A stretch of 63,975 bases of DNA, counting the filler, from Rhizaria sp. SCN 62-66 (taxonomy: Eukaryota): the NCBI GenBank assembly GCA_001724265.1. It is 4 parts of 4 records of this genome, joined end to end, with 100 filler letters (N's around TTAATTAATTAA, not from the genome) between each part and the next. Parts side by side here need not be neighbours in the genome. Positions count along the whole stretch, not along the records: positions 58,272 to 63,975 come from MEDY01000628.1; 3 more parts are not named here. The stretch is one strand, 5' to 3'. Shown piece by piece: positions 63,764 to 63,975 of the stretch. The position numbers and the translations under genes were made by a program. The first letter of the stretch is position 1. Each line of letters starts with the position of its first letter. The notes beneath the pieces are model-generated. The model had not been told where the DNA came from and searched no databases. It saw only the letters and a list, made by a program, of their open reading frames with translations.

Positions 63764-63975
63764 ATGGCGGAGAACGCAGATGAAGCCGTCGGCGCAGAAA
63801 ACGACCAATCGTTTGACGACTTAAGCTCGCCTGACGAGGAGGAGTTGGTAGTCGATGAGCAGGAAACTGGTTTTGCCGCGGTCTTGGATCTTGGCCCATT
63901 CCCTTCCAAGGATGCTGCGATCGCCGCCGCCCACGAGGGTGCGCGAACCCAGGGATTCGCGCTTGCGATCAGCAA
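63764..63975 (+). mobile_element. 5' end of a MULE/FAR1-like ORF (truncated by window end)
   Basis: MAENADE..GPFPSKDAAIAAAHEGARTQGFALAIS fits the start of the FAR1/MULE N-terminal domain (F.S...A.......A...GF.L.I); a G-rich possible TIR start lies near 63596. Confidence 0.5.

Overview
Eukaryotic (protist-like) nuclear DNA made of four contigs joined by artificial N..TTAATTAATTAA..N spacers. The first ~58 kb are gene-dense, with GC/Ala-rich exons and AT-rich 110-236 nt GT-AG introns (mostly GTACG donors). Genes include DnaJ (DNAJA type), an SLC35F5-like transporter, three tRNAs (Glu, Gly, initiator Met), a giant SLX4-like protein, a kinesin, a Serinc, an ER-targeted ankyrin/KDEL protein, 14-3-3, DUS2, TMEM42-like, a coiled-coil protein, C9orf78/TLS1-like and CDC27. 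Main finding: the organism appears to use a variant nuclear genetic code in which TAG is a sense codon (most likely Gln) while TAA and TGA remain stops. Eight in-frame TAGs interrupt four otherwise open genes, including DUS2 and SLX4, and all 14 complete host genes end in TAA (7) or TGA (7), never TAG. The last contig (58272-end) is a transposon nest: a Polinton-type integrase remnant, an apparently intact 3.4 kb TIR-bounded element with a six-intron DDE/DxxH transposase carrying a C-terminal RING finger, and the start of a MULE/FAR1-like ORF. All family assignments are from motif recognition by eye, not from database searches.
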